Shown: piece by piece, positions 62,462-64,000 of the stretch
Numbering within the stretch: position 1 is the first letter of the stretch
Layout of the letters: each line of letters opens with the position of its first letter
Source of the DNA: Eledone cirrhosa
Taxonomy: Eukaryota
Direction of reading: 5' to 3'
Assembly (NCBI GenBank): GCA_964016885.1
Contig: OZ024764.1
Span: forward strand, 186,001-250,000
DNA length: 64,000 nucleotides
The notes under the pieces: model-generated
The model's database searches: none
Seen by the model: only the letters and a program-made list of their open reading frames with translations
Told to the model about the DNA's origin: nothing
Translations under genes and position numbers: made by a program

Positions 62462-63715
62462 CAAGGAGGTTTCTAGGGGTTCTTTAATGACAGGGACCCC
62501 AGTCCTATGTTGTTACAGTTCACACCTATGTAGGTCTAGCTGGTCTCCTATAAGGTTGTATCTCATACGAGGTTTCTAGGGGTGTTTTAATGACAGGGGC
62601 CCCAGTCCTATGTAGGTTTAGCTGGTCTCCTACAAGGTTGTATCTGATAGAAGGTTTCTAGGGGTGTTTTAATGATAGGGGCCCCAGTCCTATCATGTTA
62701 CAGCTCACACCTATGTAGGTTTAGCTGGTCTCCTATAAGGTTGTATCTCATAGGAAGTTCCTTGGATATTTTAATGATAGGGGCCCCAGTCCTCCTGTGA
62801 AGTATCTCATAGGAGGTTTCTTGGGTATTTTAATGATAGGGGCCCCAGTCCTCGTGTGAAGTTGTATCTCATAGGAGGTTTCTTGGCTATTTTAATGATA
62901 GGGGCCCCAGTCCTCCTGTGAAGTTGTATCTAATAGGAGGTTTCTTGGCTATTTTAATGATAGGGGCCCCAGTCCTCCTGTGAAGTTGTATCTCATAGGA
63001 GGTTTCTTGGATATTTTAATGATAGGGGCCCCAGTCTTCCTGTGAAGTTGTATCTCATAGGAGGTTTCTTGGGTATTTTAATGATAGGGGCCCCAGTCCT
63101 CCTGTGAAGTTGTATCTCATAGGAGGTTTCTTGGCTATTTTAATGATAGGGGCCCCAGTCTTCCTGTGAAGTTGTATCTCATAGGAGGTTTCTTGGGTAT
63201 TTTAATGATAGGGGCCCCAGTCCTCCTGTGAAGTTGTATCTCATAGGAGGTTCCTTGGGTATTTTAATGATAGGGGCCCCAGTCCTCCTGTGAAGTTGTA
63301 TCTCATAGGAGGTTTCTTGGGTATTTTAATGATAGGGGCCCCAGTCTTCCTGTGAAGTTGTATCTCATAGGAGGTTTCTTGGGTATTTTAATGATAGGGG
63401 CCCCAGTTGTATCATGTTACAGCTCACACCTATGTAGGTTTATCTGGCTTCCTACAAGGTTGTATCTCAGGAGGTTCCTTGAGTATTTTAATAATAGTGA
63501 CCCTATTCCTATCATGTTGCTGTTGTTACAACTGTCACCTATGTAGGGTTTATCTGGCCTCATATGCTGTTGTATCTCATAAGAGGTTTCTTGGGTGTTT
63601 TAATGATAGGGACCCCAGTCCTTCTAAGAAGTTGTATCTCATAGGAGGTTCCTTGGGTATTTTAATGATGGGGACCCCAGTGTTCCTATGAACTTGTATC
63701 TCATAGGAGGTTTCT
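62462..63715. repeat. 62-bp minisatellite core (~62740-63407) flanked by longer, more diverged variant units
   Basis: GTTGTATCTCATAGGAGGTTTCTTGGGTATTTTAATGATAGGGGCCCCAGTCCTCCTGTGAA recurs at 62861, 62923, ... Flanking units carry an extra ATCATGTTACAGCTCACACCTATGTAGGTTTAGCTGG segment. Confidence 0.92.
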
Positions 63716-63749
63716 CGAATATGTTTCCTTATAAAAGGGGACTGACGCA

Positions 63750-63899
63750 TGGCCAATGGTGGATTCAAACAAACGTGAAATGAAGTGTCTTGCTGAAGGA
63801 GACAACCCAGCACAATGTGCTGCTCAGTCCCGGGAATTGAACCCACACATTGCTAATCCAATCACCATAACTACTAAACACTAGGCCATGCATCCTTCA
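63750..63899 (-). mobile_element. Second tRNA-derived SINE family (5' head and central domain)
   Basis: Minus strand: A-box-like TGGCCTAGTGTTTAG, B box GGGTTCAATTCCCGG, then TCTCCTTCAGCAAGACACTTCATTTCAC, resembling the conserved 'GTGTCCTTGAGCAAGACACTT' SINE central domain. Confidence 0.7.
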
Positions 63900-63952
63900 T
63901 GATTTAGGATGAAGGGAGAGGACTGAGGTGTAGGGGTAACAGAGACCCACCC

Positions 63953-63986
63953 GAGAGAGAGAGAGACAGAGAGAGCGAGAGAGAGA
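63953..63986. repeat. (GA)n microsatellite
   Basis: gagagagagagagacagagagagcgagagagaga. Confidence 0.85.
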
Positions 63987-64000
63987 AAGAAAGCAATGTA

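Noticed and set aside
63352-63846. Short ORFs of 64-94 aa
   Set aside because: They lie within the 62-bp minisatellite and SINE, with no recognisable protein motif.
63826-63899. tRNA gene
   Set aside because: A and B boxes are present, but I could not fold a cloverleaf and the sequence continues into a SINE body, so it is a tRNA-derived SINE head.

Overview
Eukaryotic, AT-rich, repeat-dominated DNA. The interspersed repeats resemble octopus/cephalopod families as I recall them; this was not searched. About 90% of the window is tandem repeat. From left to right: (1) a 53-bp minisatellite (1-3978), probably intronic; (2) the only credible coding sequence, a terminal exon (4164-4292, +) of an NRF-6/O-acyltransferase-like membrane protein, with AATAAA overlapping its stop codon; (3) a Helitron-like non-autonomous element and a tRNA-derived SINE cut off by the next array; (4) a ~53-kb array (5241-58362, ~1,475 copies) of a 36-bp monomer made of two alternating inverted 12-bp arms, with nested higher-order duplications and one hairpin-excision scar; (5) a right flank with microsatellites, a TTAA-flanked piggyBac-like MITE containing a SINE with an internal triplication, two tiny Tc1/mariner-like MITEs, further SINE/LINE fragments and a third hairpin-containing minisatellite (62 bp). 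The 16,273-aa ORF is most likely a by-product of the monomer's codon content. The most notable object is the giant all-hairpin satellite and its internal history.
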